DNA of 54,081 nt from Piedraia hortae CBS 480.64 (taxonomy: Eukaryota): NCBI GenBank assembly GCA_010093745.1, contig MU006012.1, forward strand, positions 1 to 54,081, in the 5' to 3' direction. The translations under genes and the position numbers were made by a program. Positions within the stretch are counted from its first letter, which is position 1. The number at the start of each line of letters is the position of its first letter. Positions 13,060 to 22,845 of this stretch are shown piece after piece. The notes beneath the pieces were generated by a model. That model made no database searches and was not told the DNA's origin. It saw only the letters and a program-made list of their open reading frames with translations.

Positions 13060-13949
13060 TGATGTAAACGATTTGTTTATCTTTTTTTGCATAAGTGATT
13101 TAGCATGGAGTGAGGCTGGATAGCGGAAATGGTCGATGCATTTCACCGTCATAACAGCAAAACGTGAACATGTCCCTGTAAATCTGCCCAGGAAGTCCTA
13201 CATAGTCCAAGCAGTCTCATAAATGATCTACTGCCAGGATGAGGGAAGTTGTTTCGTATCTCACATGCTGCTAAAATGACTCGTGTACTCACCTAGCTGG
13301 CGGCGCACAGAATTTTCCTTCACGCATAACTATCTTCTTTCCCTCAAATGGTAGCTGCGACCATGCCCCATTTAATTGGCTCTCGATCTGCAGATACATA
13401 GTAGCCTGTTACGAGGGTCCAGTGGCCCTTGGAGACACCCATGAAAATCACCAACTCCAATATCTTCACGAAACTCACCATCTTGCAATTACTTACGACG
13501 GAGGGCGCTCCCGGGCTATCAAATTTCTCCCATCAAGGTGATTGTTACCAGCACGGCGTAGACTCACCATCGGAGTCAACTTCCAAACTTCAGACATCCA
13601 CGAGCCTATTACATTCGGGTTCATTCCTTGCGTGTAATGAGCCCGACTCTAATGATCGATGAGTTCCTCTCCACTCGAGCCATCCTCGCGCCGCATTACA
13701 AGATCAGCGTATTTGGTCATGTATCTAGCTGGTAATAGAACTCAATACTTCCACACGCTTGCCTCGGCAGATTGCGAGGGGGCCCGGTCGATTGGAAAGC
13801 AACAAAGCAACCTCTGGGCATTTCCCCACCATCATCCTCCAAATTGCCTGTTGTTACAGGTATTCATATCCGTCTAGAACACCTTCGTCATAGGCCATAA
13901 TGTGTCGCGAACATGGGCACGAGGTGGCAAGCGCAATGAGATTCCCGTG

Positions 13950-14910
13950 ATGGCCACTTGTGCGGGGACTATTTTGAGATTCTCGAGCTTCTCCATTCGA
14001 TATCCGATCGGGTAAGCGGGCAGATTCTCGCCTCTGCTCGATCTGAAGAGGATCATCAAGCCTTTTGTGACGACGATTCCATGCAGATTCGGGTCCGTGT
14101 GCGCGCAGATGCAAGTGGACCTCGACACAGTGATGGAGATAGAGAGAGTCCGATTTACGCATTCGACCTTGTCGCTGTCAGCGTCATGCAGATCAGAGCA
14201 CGTCTCCTTGTGCAAGGTTGCGAGAAAGAAAATCCACTGAGTCGGTAAACAGCATTGCAGACAGGGTGATCATCTTGGAGGACGACTCAGAAGCTAAATT
14301 TCTCGCCCTCTCGAATGCTAGCTCCGACATGATGCGGTGATCCCGATTTTCTCCGTGGGAAGAGCCAACATGACAACTTCATCCCTACCTCCATCTCAAC
14401 TTCGTTACAGGGCTGGGATTGCCTTACTCCCAAGCCATGCGGGGGTTCGAGAGACGCAAGGGGTTCAAGGCAAACAACCCGCCCAGTCACCATGCTGAAT
14501 CAAAGGCACCGAGCGCAACTCCCGGTCGGCCGCCGGTTTAACGACAAAACGATTCTCTGTGAGCTGATGCTCGAATCCGGCAAGTCCAACTGGCTGGAGT
14601 GCAAGGTCCAGCGCATGGCTGTGCGGCCTAGAGAAGAAGTGCTGGCAGGCACGCGAAGCCGTTTAATGGCAAGTGTGAGGTTTTTATCGCACGAAGCTGT
14701 CGAGCAACGGAGGGGAGCTATCCTCGATAATGACCTGCAAGCAGTTTTGAACAGGCTCTGCTTCGCGACCACAATCAACAAGTCCCATGGACGGTCCCTT
14801 GATATGGTTGAGCTAGACGTTGTTTTCTAATGGTCAACTCCTCTCCCGAATCATCAAACGTGGTCATCCCAATGGACACACTAATCCCCTAGGATCAACG
14901 GACAACGTTG
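13950..14910 (+). mobile_element. Decayed Helitron/PIF1-type helicase relic
   Basis: 14756-14852 reads LCFATTINKSHGRSLDMVELDV, then after a frameshift FSNGQL-LSRI. This matches the PIF1/Helitron motifs LAFAMTINKSQGQSL and VFSHGQLYVALSR. LCGDYFEIL (near 13960) weakly resembles GGDFRQIL. Boundaries are approximate. Confidence 0.65.
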
Positions 14911-15118
14911 TACTAGGCTACATAGTGCTTACTTCCAATGCCGCCGTCCTTCAAATGCCAACCCCCCACCGTATGTAAGCGACGTTATTGACAGTATTGC
15001 AACACGTGACAGATCAATGCCAAGACTTTTGCTGCAACGTTGGAAAAAAGTCGGACCAAATTTCGCAAGCTTCCACACATCCCTTACGCCCACCACCACT
15101 CTCTATATCGCTACCAAA

Positions 15119-17098
15119 ATGGCCGAGGAAGTCTACGACGGTGCCATTGGCATCGATCTCGGTGTGCAGCAATCGTCTACATCAACGATCGTAAACTGAC
15201 CTGTCAGGAACCACTTATTCCTGTGTCGCCAACTATGAAGGCGCCGGGGTAGAGATCAGTATGTGTACCAGTTCTATAGCGCGACTCTGCTAACAGAAAT
15301 AGTCGCCAACGAGCAGGGCTCTTTTACCACTCCGTCGTTTGTGTCCTTTACTCCCGAAGAGCGCCTAATCGGCGAGGCGGCCAAGAATCAGGCGGCCATG
15401 AACCCGGCAAACACAGTCTTCGACGTGAAGCGTCTGATCGGTCGCCGTTACGATGACCCCACGGTCAAGAAGGATATCGAGTCGTGGCCGTTTAAGGTTG
15501 TCGATGACGACAACAACCCAAAGGTGCAGGTGGAGTATCTGGGTGAGACCAAGACGTTTTCGCCGCAGGAGATTTCAGCGATGGTGCTTGGCAAGGTATG
15601 TGCAGTTGTAAAGGGTATGGGACTCGCTGACTGTCCGTAGATGAAGGAGATTGCCGAGATGAAGCTGGGCAAGAAGGTGTCCAAGGCTGTGGTAACTGTG
15701 CCGGCTTACTTTAACGATAATCAGCGTCAGGCAACCAAGGACGCCGGAGCAATTGCTGGGTTGAACGTTCTGCGCATCATCAACGAGCCTACTGCAGCTG
15801 CCATTGCCTACGGTCTCGGCGCTGGAAAGTCTGACAAGGAACGTAATGTTCTGATTTACGACTTGGGCGGTGGCACTTTTGATATCTCTCTTCTGCACAT
15901 CCAAGCCAGTGTGTTTACCGTCAAGGGCACTGCTGGTGATACTCATCTCGGAGGAGAAGACTTTGACGCCAAGCTCGTCACTCACTTTGCCACCGACTTC
16001 AAACGCAAGCATGGCAAGGACCTCACGACAAATCCTCGCGCGCTCCGTCGTCTCCAGACGGCTTGCGAACGTGCCAAGCGTACCCTCTCCTCCTCCACTC
16101 AGACGTCGATTGAAATCGATTCCTTGTTTGAGGGCATTGACTACAACACCAGCATCACCCGCGCTCGCTTTGAAGAGCTCTGCCAAGATCTCTTCCGCTC
16201 TACCATTGAGCCTGTAAAGGACGTGCTGCGTGATGCCAAGATCGACAAGTCTGCCGTTAATGAAGTTGTTCTTGTTGGTGGCAGCACGCGTATCCCACGG
16301 ATACAAAAGATGCTGTCGGACTTTTTCAACGGCAAGAAGTTGGAGAAGAGCATCAATCCCGATGAGGCTGTTGCCTATGGTGCAGCGGTGCAGGCGGGGA
16401 TATTGTCGGGTAAGGCGACTTCAGCAGATACGCAGGATTTGCTGTTGCTTGACGTGGTGCCTTTGTCGCTCGGCGTGGCGATGGAAGGGAATATCTTTGC
16501 GCCGGTGGTGCCCCGTGGCCAGACGGTTCCTACCATCAAGAAACGTACGTTTACAACGGTCGCAGATAACCAGCAGACTGTGCAGTTCCCCGTGTTCCAA
16601 GGCGAACGTGTCAACTGCGAAGATAACACTTCTCTCGGAGAATTTACTCTCGCTCCCATCCCGCCCATGAAGGCCGGCGATGCGGTTCTAGAAGTAGTCT
16701 TCGAAGTCGACGTCAACGGTATCCTAAAAGTCACAGCAACGGAGAAGACATCTGGACGGTCGGCTAATATCACCATTTCCAACTCTGTCGGCAAGCTGTC
16801 ATCTGGCGAGATTGAGAAGATGGTTGAAGACGCGGCCAAGTTCAAGAGCAGCGATGAGGCTTTCTCTAAGAAATTCGAGGCCCGTCAGCAACTCGAGTCG
16901 TATATCAGCAGAGTCGAGGAGATTGTGTCCGATCCGGGCATGAGCATGAAGTTGAAGAGGGGTCAAAAGGAGAAGATCGAGAGCGCGCTTAGCGATGCGC
17001 TCGGCCAGCTGGAAATCGAGGATACCAGTTCGGAGGAACTGAAGAAGAAGGAATTGGCTCTCAAGCGTGTTGTAACAAAGGCTATGAGTACGCGTTAG
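15119..17098 (+). CDS. SSB1: Ribosome-associated Hsp70 of the SSB class, with an SSA-like internal segment
   Basis: SSB-type N-terminus [26 protein letters not shown], internal [11 protein letters not shown] and [17 protein letters not shown], and C-terminus [11 protein letters not shown] without EEVD. Introns at 15162-15207, 15259-15302 and 15596-15640. Confidence 0.97.
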
Positions 17099-17391
17099 AG
17101 GGCAGATCAATCCGTGCAGTTTGTTACCGTTCATCGATCGTGAATTGTGCAGTTCGTTTTATCAATCAACCTCATCTGATCGTGCGATACATCTAGATAT
17201 TATGCAATCAATCCATCTACCATACAGTCATCTATGCATGCAAGCCATCATGCATCTCATCATTCATACAATCAATCAATCTTACTCGTACCCTCAATTT
17301 ATCATACACTCTCATTTATGCATACCTCATCTACTCATACAGTATTTCATCGACCCATGTATCATCTCCATCATGCCCCCATCAATACCCC

Positions 17392-18684
17392 TCATGCTAT
17401 TCCCCCAGCAAGTCTCTGAAACCGCTCAGGTCTAAACCTCTCCCGCGTCCAATTCCTCGCTCTGCCGTCTTGTATCCTCTTTTCCTTTCCCAAAGGGGAA
17501 GAAGCCCCTTCAAGGTGAGACTTGGCGAGGAGGAGAAGGTCTAAATGTCTCTCTACCTGTTTCTTTAGCGCGTGGAGCTTGGCGGGGAGTTTGGGGTTGG
17601 GGAGGGGTGTGCTCGTTGCGACGTCGTTTGGTGGCGTCGGAGAAGAGTCTTGTGGGGTCTTCGTCGTCGATTGCGGAGAAGACTCTCGCGAAGCCTGCGA
17701 AGCCTCATCCCTCCCTACCTCCGAAGAAGGCGGGGAACCATCCCTCATCGATTGCGAAGGATCCCTCCCTACCTCCGCTGATGTGGAAGTTTCCTTTGGT
17801 TGCGAAACCATCGTCCCATTCCCCCGCAGAGCCTTATTCTTCGCTACATGCACTGCTTGCCCCGGCGACGGCGAAGCCTCTCTCCCCACCTCTCTCTCCC
17901 CAATCGCAGGAACAGGCCGTCTAACCCTCTCCCCAAACAACCCCGCTCTCGCCTCAACCCGGACCGTAAGTTTGAATTCGGATTGGATTGTGTTGCTTCG
18001 CGTGCGGGGGGTTGATGTGCGGATGGGGATGGAGCTCACCGCGTGTCCGGTTCCGTTGAAATTCGAGGAGGAGATGCGTTTGGCGGAGCTGAGGGGGGTG
18101 CGGGGTGTTGAGGCGGAGGGGAAGCCGAAGCCTGACGCGAAACCGGGGCCGGAGTGGGAGGTTAACCCGGACGCGGAGCTGGAGCTGGAGCTGGAAGGGG
18201 GGAGGGCAGCTAACGCCGAAACCGAGCGCATCTGTGACGCTCCCCCAGCCTCCACTCCCCCAGCCGCTCCTCCGGTCCCTACTCCCCAAGCGCAACCCCT
18301 CTCCACCTCCTCAATCTTCCCCAACGCACCGCGATAATACCCCTCCGCCGTCTCAAACATCTTCACTTTCTCGGCCGTAGTCCCGCTCCCGCTTCGCCCA
18401 AGTTCATCGTGGGAAAGTGCCAAGAAGATCTCGATGAGGAGCTTCGATTGAAGTGGATGATGGGAGGACTTCAGGACGGTAAAGCACGTTTGGATGCATT
18501 CGCGGTAGTGGTGTTGTGTGAAGAGGGCTTTGATGTAGTGGATTTCGATGGTTTCCATTGGGGGGGTGGACATGTTTTCCTTGGAGGGGATGGTGGGTTC
18601 TTTGGGAGTGTATTTGGGGAGGGCGCGTTGGATCGGTGAGGGGGACGGGACCAAGGGTGAGACGGTGACGTGATTGAGATGCAC
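17392..18684 (-). CDS. Hypothetical fungal protein with helical ends and a low-complexity Ser/Pro middle
   Basis: 430-aa uninterrupted ORF. The C-terminus RIxxxRxxxWxRxRFxPERF resembles an uncharacterised Pezizomycotina family (from memory). The true start could be the Met at 18573. Confidence 0.7.
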   Translation of the reverse strand: MHLNHVTVSPLVPSPSPIQRALPKYTPKEPTIPSKENMSTPPMETIEIHYIKALFTQHHYRECIQTCFTVLKSSHHPLQSKLLIEIFLALSHDELGRSGSGTTAEKVKMFETAEGYYRGALGKIEEVERGCAWGVGTGGAAGGVEAGGASQMRSVSALAALPPSSSSSSSASGLTSHSGPGFASGFGFPSASTPRTPLSSAKRISSSNFNGTGHAVSSIPIRTSTPRTRSNTIQSEFKLTVRVEARAGLFGERVRRPVPAIGEREVGREASPSPGQAVHVAKNKALRGNGTMVSQPKETSTSAEVGRDPSQSMRDGSPPSSEVGRDEASQASRESSPQSTTKTPQDSSPTPPNDVATSTPLPNPKLPAKLHALKKQVERHLDLLLLAKSHLEGASSPLGKEKRIQDGRARNWTRERFRPERFQRLAGGIA

Positions 18685-19106
18685 CTGCTACAACTTACCC
18701 CTTGGGGGGACGTTACTCTTGGGGGTGTGGTGAATGGAGGGTTTGGCCTATCTGGTTATTGACTCGGAGGGGAGGACAGCTACGACTACTTGTTGTAAGC
18801 GACAGACTGCCGCGCGCGAGGAGATTTTTTGGGATTGATATGCAGGTACCCGATTCAGGGTCCTTGACCCCGCGTGGTATTTTTAGGTTAGACACGAGAC
18901 GTGGACGTTGGGCAGAGTATTCTTGTCGTTACTCCTGTCGAAGGTCGAGTGCAACTGGTCGAATGAATGGGCAAGACGAGGAATGGGTTGGAGAATGCAT
19001 GTATAACCAGGTTTCCTTGCTGATTGACTACCCTCCATGGCCTAGCGCGCCAAGTGGGGCGATATCACTGCCTGTCAAAAACTGTACATCCCAACACGAC
19101 CAAATC

Positions 19107-19754
19107 ATGTACCAGTTCACCCGAAGAACCCTCCCAAAGCTCACCAAACCCCGCTTCCAATCGACCCTCACCTCGCCCCTAAACCTCCCGCAATGGTTGG
19201 TATCCGTCCATCCCAGACGTTCTCCCTAAGTGATGTGTAGGTTAAAACAAAACTCCCACCTCCTCAAACCGCCCATCAACAACGCCGTAATTCACCGCGA
19301 GCCCTTAATGGTCCAAATCGTCGGCGGACCCAACGCACGAACAGACTACCACATCAACTCGACCCCCGAGTTCTTCTTCCAGTGGAAAGGCCGGATGCTC
19401 CTCCGTACAATGCAAAATTCCGAGTCCAAAGACTATTACATCAACGAAGGCGAGTTCTTCCTCTTACCGGGGAACATCCCGCACTGTCCCGTCCGGTTCG
19501 AGGATACAGTCGGGGTAGTGCTTGAGCTGCCTCGACCAGAGGGCTCGATGGATAGACTCCGCTGGTACTGTCCCAGCTGTCGCGGTGTCGTATACGAGAC
19601 GGAATTCCACTGTACCGATCTAGGCACCCAGATCAAGTACGCGGTGGAAGACTTTACGCGTGATGAGCACAAACGAACCTGCCAAAACTGTGGAACAATC
19701 TGCTCATCTAAACCCGATAGAGAGGCGATGGAGCGTATGAATAGCGGTAAATAA
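19107..19754 (+). CDS. BNA1: 3-hydroxyanthranilate 3,4-dioxygenase (kynurenine/NAD pathway) with N-terminal extension
   Basis: Motifs PLNLPQWLKQNSHLLKPPINN, VGGPNARTDYHIN, PEFFFQ, IPHCPVRF, and rubredoxin-like WYCPSC/TCQNC. Intron 19196-19240 (45 nt) restores the frame. Confidence 0.95.
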
Positions 19755-19756
19755 AA

Positions 19757-20218
19757 TTACCATTCCGGGGGATGGTAAACCATCGCCTCGCGCCGTCGTC
19801 GTCTCGTTTCCCTTGGGTTATCACTCACATCCTCCCCGAGCGGTTGTCTAACATTCTCCCATCCATTTACAGGTAGGGGATGGTAATCCCGCACCAGCGC
19901 AACGACCTTTGAAGCCCTTTCCCTCCTCTCATCACTTTCAGCTGACTTCATCGCGTTCAACTCCTCATCAAGTAGGCCGAAGCGACAGTACCTCTGCACG
20001 ATAATTCTCGTAGCCGCCTCGGAAACACTCCTATCAGGGTACTCCGTCAACGTTCTCAGCGCGTCGAGCTCGATTTCATCTTCAAGTACCCAATCGTCAC
20101 CTTCTTCCTCGTGCTCCCGCTCAATTGGCCTAGCAACAGCATTCGCAGCGTAATACGCTGCCATCAGCGCAAACGCTCCAACGCCAACCCAGACCCACCG
20201 CCCGTCAATGCGGAGCAT
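19757..20218 (-). CDS. Hypothetical fungal protein with N-terminal hydrophobic segment (153 aa)
   Basis: Clean ATG ORF filling the space between BNA1 and the NOP14 promoter. It has an N-terminal TM-like stretch and a C-terminal RRRRREAMV motif. Confidence 0.7.
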   Translation of the reverse strand: MLRIDGRWVWVGVGAFALMAAYYAANAVARPIEREHEEEGDDWVLEDEIELDALRTLTEYPDRSVSEAATRIIVQRYCRFGLLDEELNAMKSAESDERRERASKVVALVRDYHPLPVNGWENVRQPLGEDVSDNPRETRRRRREAMVYHPPEW

Positions 20219-20267
20219 TGCGCATTACTCCGCTAACCACACAACCAACCCTTCACCTCTCGTTCTC

Positions 20268-20275
20268 TGACGTCA
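20268..20275. promoter_or_regulatory. Possible CRE/ATF bZIP site in a 132-bp divergent promoter
   Basis: Perfect TGACGTCA between the starts at 20218 (-) and 20351 (+). Motif match only. Confidence 0.3.
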
Positions 20276-20350
20276 CGACGGGACCACCCGAGCCCACTCC
20301 CCAACAAAAAAATCTCTCAGCAGCCTCCCCCCCCCAAAAAAAAAAAAAAT

Positions 20351-22606
20351 ATGGCCCACTCGCAGCTCAAACAGCTCAAATCCTCTCTTCGCGAAAAAGG
20401 CGTTATCGGCCAGAAAAATAAAAAAAAGGGTAAAAAATCTGGCAGGACAACCCTCCAAGACCCGAACCCTTTTGAGGTTCGTTCCCGACCGCCCAAATTC
20501 GAGAGTTTCTCCTCGAGGAACGATGCAGCTGTCCATCGCCCCGGGGTGAGTCGCTCCGCCGGAGAGGATCTCCGGCGCGCGCAACTCCTCCCGGAACTGC
20601 GCAGGAAGGGTAAGGCCGGTGCGGTTTTTGATCGACGCTTGGGGGAGGGGGAGATAAGACTCTCGGCAAAGGAGAAGGACGCGAGGAGGTATGCTAGGGA
20701 GAAGAGGGGGAAAGGGGTTTTCAGCCTTGAAGAGAGTGAAGGTGAAGAGGGGGGGTTGCTGGCAATGTCGTTTGGGTTCGCGCAAGAGCAGGAGGAGGAG
20801 AGTGATGATGAGGGGGAGTTGTTGGCCAGAAAGAGGCCGGCGGAGGAGGTTCTTGAAGAACAGGAAAGGAAGAAATCAAAGAAGGAGGTTATGAATGAGG
20901 TTATTGCTAAATCGAAGTTTTATAAGTATGAGAGGCAGAAGGCCAAGGAGGAGGAGGAGGAGTTGAGGGAAAAGTTGGATAGGGATTTGGAGGAGGTGAT
21001 GCAGCTGCTGCAGAAGGTTCCGAAGGGGGAGAAGGAGGAGGAGAAGAAGAAGGAGAAGGAGAAGGAGAGGAATGGTTCAATGGCAGTAAATCCGGAAAGG
21101 CAGAAGTTGTTGGATGGGATGGACCGCGCAGAGGCGGATAAGGAGTATAGTGCCAAGATGAGGCAAATGGCTCAGGGCGCTCGCGCGCAGCCGGCTGATC
21201 GGACCAAGACGGTAGAGGAATTGCAGAGTGAGGAGGCCGAGCGGGTGAAGACGCTGCAGGAGAAGAGAGAACGGCGGATGAGGGGCAATGTGTCTGATGA
21301 GAGTGGTGATGAAGTAGAGGATGATGAGGCGGATGAAGCTGCGCAGTTTGGGTTAAATCGTCCTACTAAACCCATCCATGAGGATGAGGATGAGTTTGAT
21401 CTAGACGAGGATCTCATTGCGTCTGGGTCGGATATATCAGATGTTGAATTGACTGATGATGAAAGTGCAGCCGAAGAAGCGGACGAGTTTGAGGAAAAGA
21501 CGGCATCCTACGCCGGATCGTGTCCACGAAGCCATGCTGAATTATTGGCAATTGTTCAATACATGTCGCCAGAGGAACTTCCGGCTCTCGTGCAGCGCAT
21601 CAGGGCAAAATATCAGCCCTCCCTTGCTGCAGCCAACAGGGAACTTCTAGGTGAGCTTGCCGTGGCTCTGGTGGATCATGTCGCCTACATGGCTGTCCAT
21701 AAGCAACCACTGGCAGTCATCGAACAGCTCATACGCCACTTGCACTCGCTTTCACGCACTTACTCTACAGAAATTGCTCGTGCCTTCCGGGGCCATCTGC
21801 AGAAGTGGGCTGAGCGGGAAGACGGACATCCTAATGCGGGCGATTTTGCAATGCTAACAGCTATTGGGAGTATATATCCCACGAGCGACCACTTTCATCC
21901 TGTTGTCACGCCAGCCATGACTCTTATAGCTAAATGGCTTGGTCTGAATGGGCCAGAAACGAAGAAGCAGCAGACCATTGGGGCGTTTCTGGTGGCACAA
22001 GGTATGAGTTACCAGAAGCTCAGCAAGCGCTACATCCCCGAGGCAGTCAGGTTTACCTTGCGCACACTGGAGCTGCAGCCGTCCATGGACGAATTGACAC
22101 CACACCTGGCCAACCTCATGACCATGGCCAAATGCTGGAGCGAGAGCTGTGCATTTATCGAGATCTTCACCCCCTTCTTGGCACCACTAACTAGACTTCC
22201 AGACGCCTCCCACGAACGACAACAATTGGAAATCCTCCTGCAACAAGCACGCCTCTCTCGCTGTCCGTTGGAACTGCATCATCACCGGCCCTTGCCCATC
22301 AGGACAGCAGTGCCTAAATTCGAAGAGGGCTTCAATCCTGATAAGCACTACGATCCTGACCGTGAGAGAGCCGATGCGAAGAGACTACAGAAAGAGTACA
22401 AGCGCGAGAGGAAGGGTGCGTTGAGAGAGTTGAAAAAGGATGCGAATTTCATTGCGCGGGTACAATTGGCGGAGAAGAGGAAGAAGGATGAAGAATATCA
22501 CTCTAAACAGAGGAAGCTGCTTGCGGAGATTCAGGAGGAGAGTGGGCGGCAGAAGAATGAGTATGAAAGGGAGAGGGAACGGCAGAAGAGGAAGCAGAAG
22601 CGGTAG
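20351..22606 (+). CDS. NOP14: Nucleolar protein Nop14 (SSU processome)
   Basis: Motifs SQLKQLKSSLRE, NPFEVR, DRRLGE, RKKSKKEVMNEVIAKSKFYKYERQ, YPTSDHFHPVVTPA and PKFEEGFNPDKHYDPDRER. Confidence 0.92.
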   Translation: MAHSQLKQLKSSLREKGVIGQKNKKKGKKSGRTTLQDPNPFEVRSRPPKFESFSSRNDAAVHRPGVSRSAGEDLRRAQLLPELRRKGKAGAVFDRRLGEGEIRLSAKEKDARRYAREKRGKGVFSLEESEGEEGGLLAMSFGFAQEQEEESDDEGELLARKRPAEEVLEEQERKKSKKEVMNEVIAKSKFYKYERQKAKEEEEELREKLDRDLEEVMQLLQKVPKGEKEEEKKKEKEKERNGSMAVNPERQKLLDGMDRAEADKEYSAKMRQMAQGARAQPADRTKTVEELQSEEAERVKTLQEKRERRMRGNVSDESGDEVEDDEADEAAQFGLNRPTKPIHEDEDEFDLDEDLIASGSDISDVELTDDESAAEEADEFEEKTASYAGSCPRSHAELLAIVQYMSPEELPALVQRIRAKYQPSLAAANRELLGELAVALVDHVAYMAVHKQPLAVIEQLIRHLHSLSRTYSTEIARAFRGHLQKWAEREDGHPNAGDFAMLTAIGSIYPTSDHFHPVVTPAMTLIAKWLGLNGPETKKQQTIGAFLVAQGMSYQKLSKRYIPEAVRFTLRTLELQPSMDELTPHLANLMTMAKCWSESCAFIEIFTPFLAPLTRLPDASHERQQLEILLQQARLSRCPLELHHHRPLPIRTAVPKFEEGFNPDKHYDPDRERADAKRLQKEYKRERKGALRELKKDANFIARVQLAEKRKKDEEYHSKQRKLLAEIQEESGRQKNEYERERERQKRKQKR

Positions 22607-22845
22607 ACACACCGTAGTGGTGGTATCAGTCACTGTAGTGGCTAAGAGGTAGATGTATTGCATCGACACTGGTCACTATCATCAGCACGCCTCGGCCATG
22701 CCTGGTTGCACTGTTGATGGCAGAGCCTCGGCCGCACATCCCCCACGTGTTGTGTGATAGCCGAGGTTGAACGGCCCGCCTTTTAACAGCCTCCAGCTGC
22801 AGCTCCCATCAACCCCAGTTCTTTAGCTCTGCAGATAACAGAAAA

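Noticed and set aside
15575..16845. Long antisense ORFs (243 aa and 156 aa) opposite the Hsp70
   Set aside because: Antisense ORFs opposite Hsp70 genes are a known by-product of conserved sequence and codon bias, and there is no independent evidence of coding.
17522..18337. 271-aa plus-strand ORF
   Set aside because: It is the antisense shadow of the low-complexity minus-strand gene.
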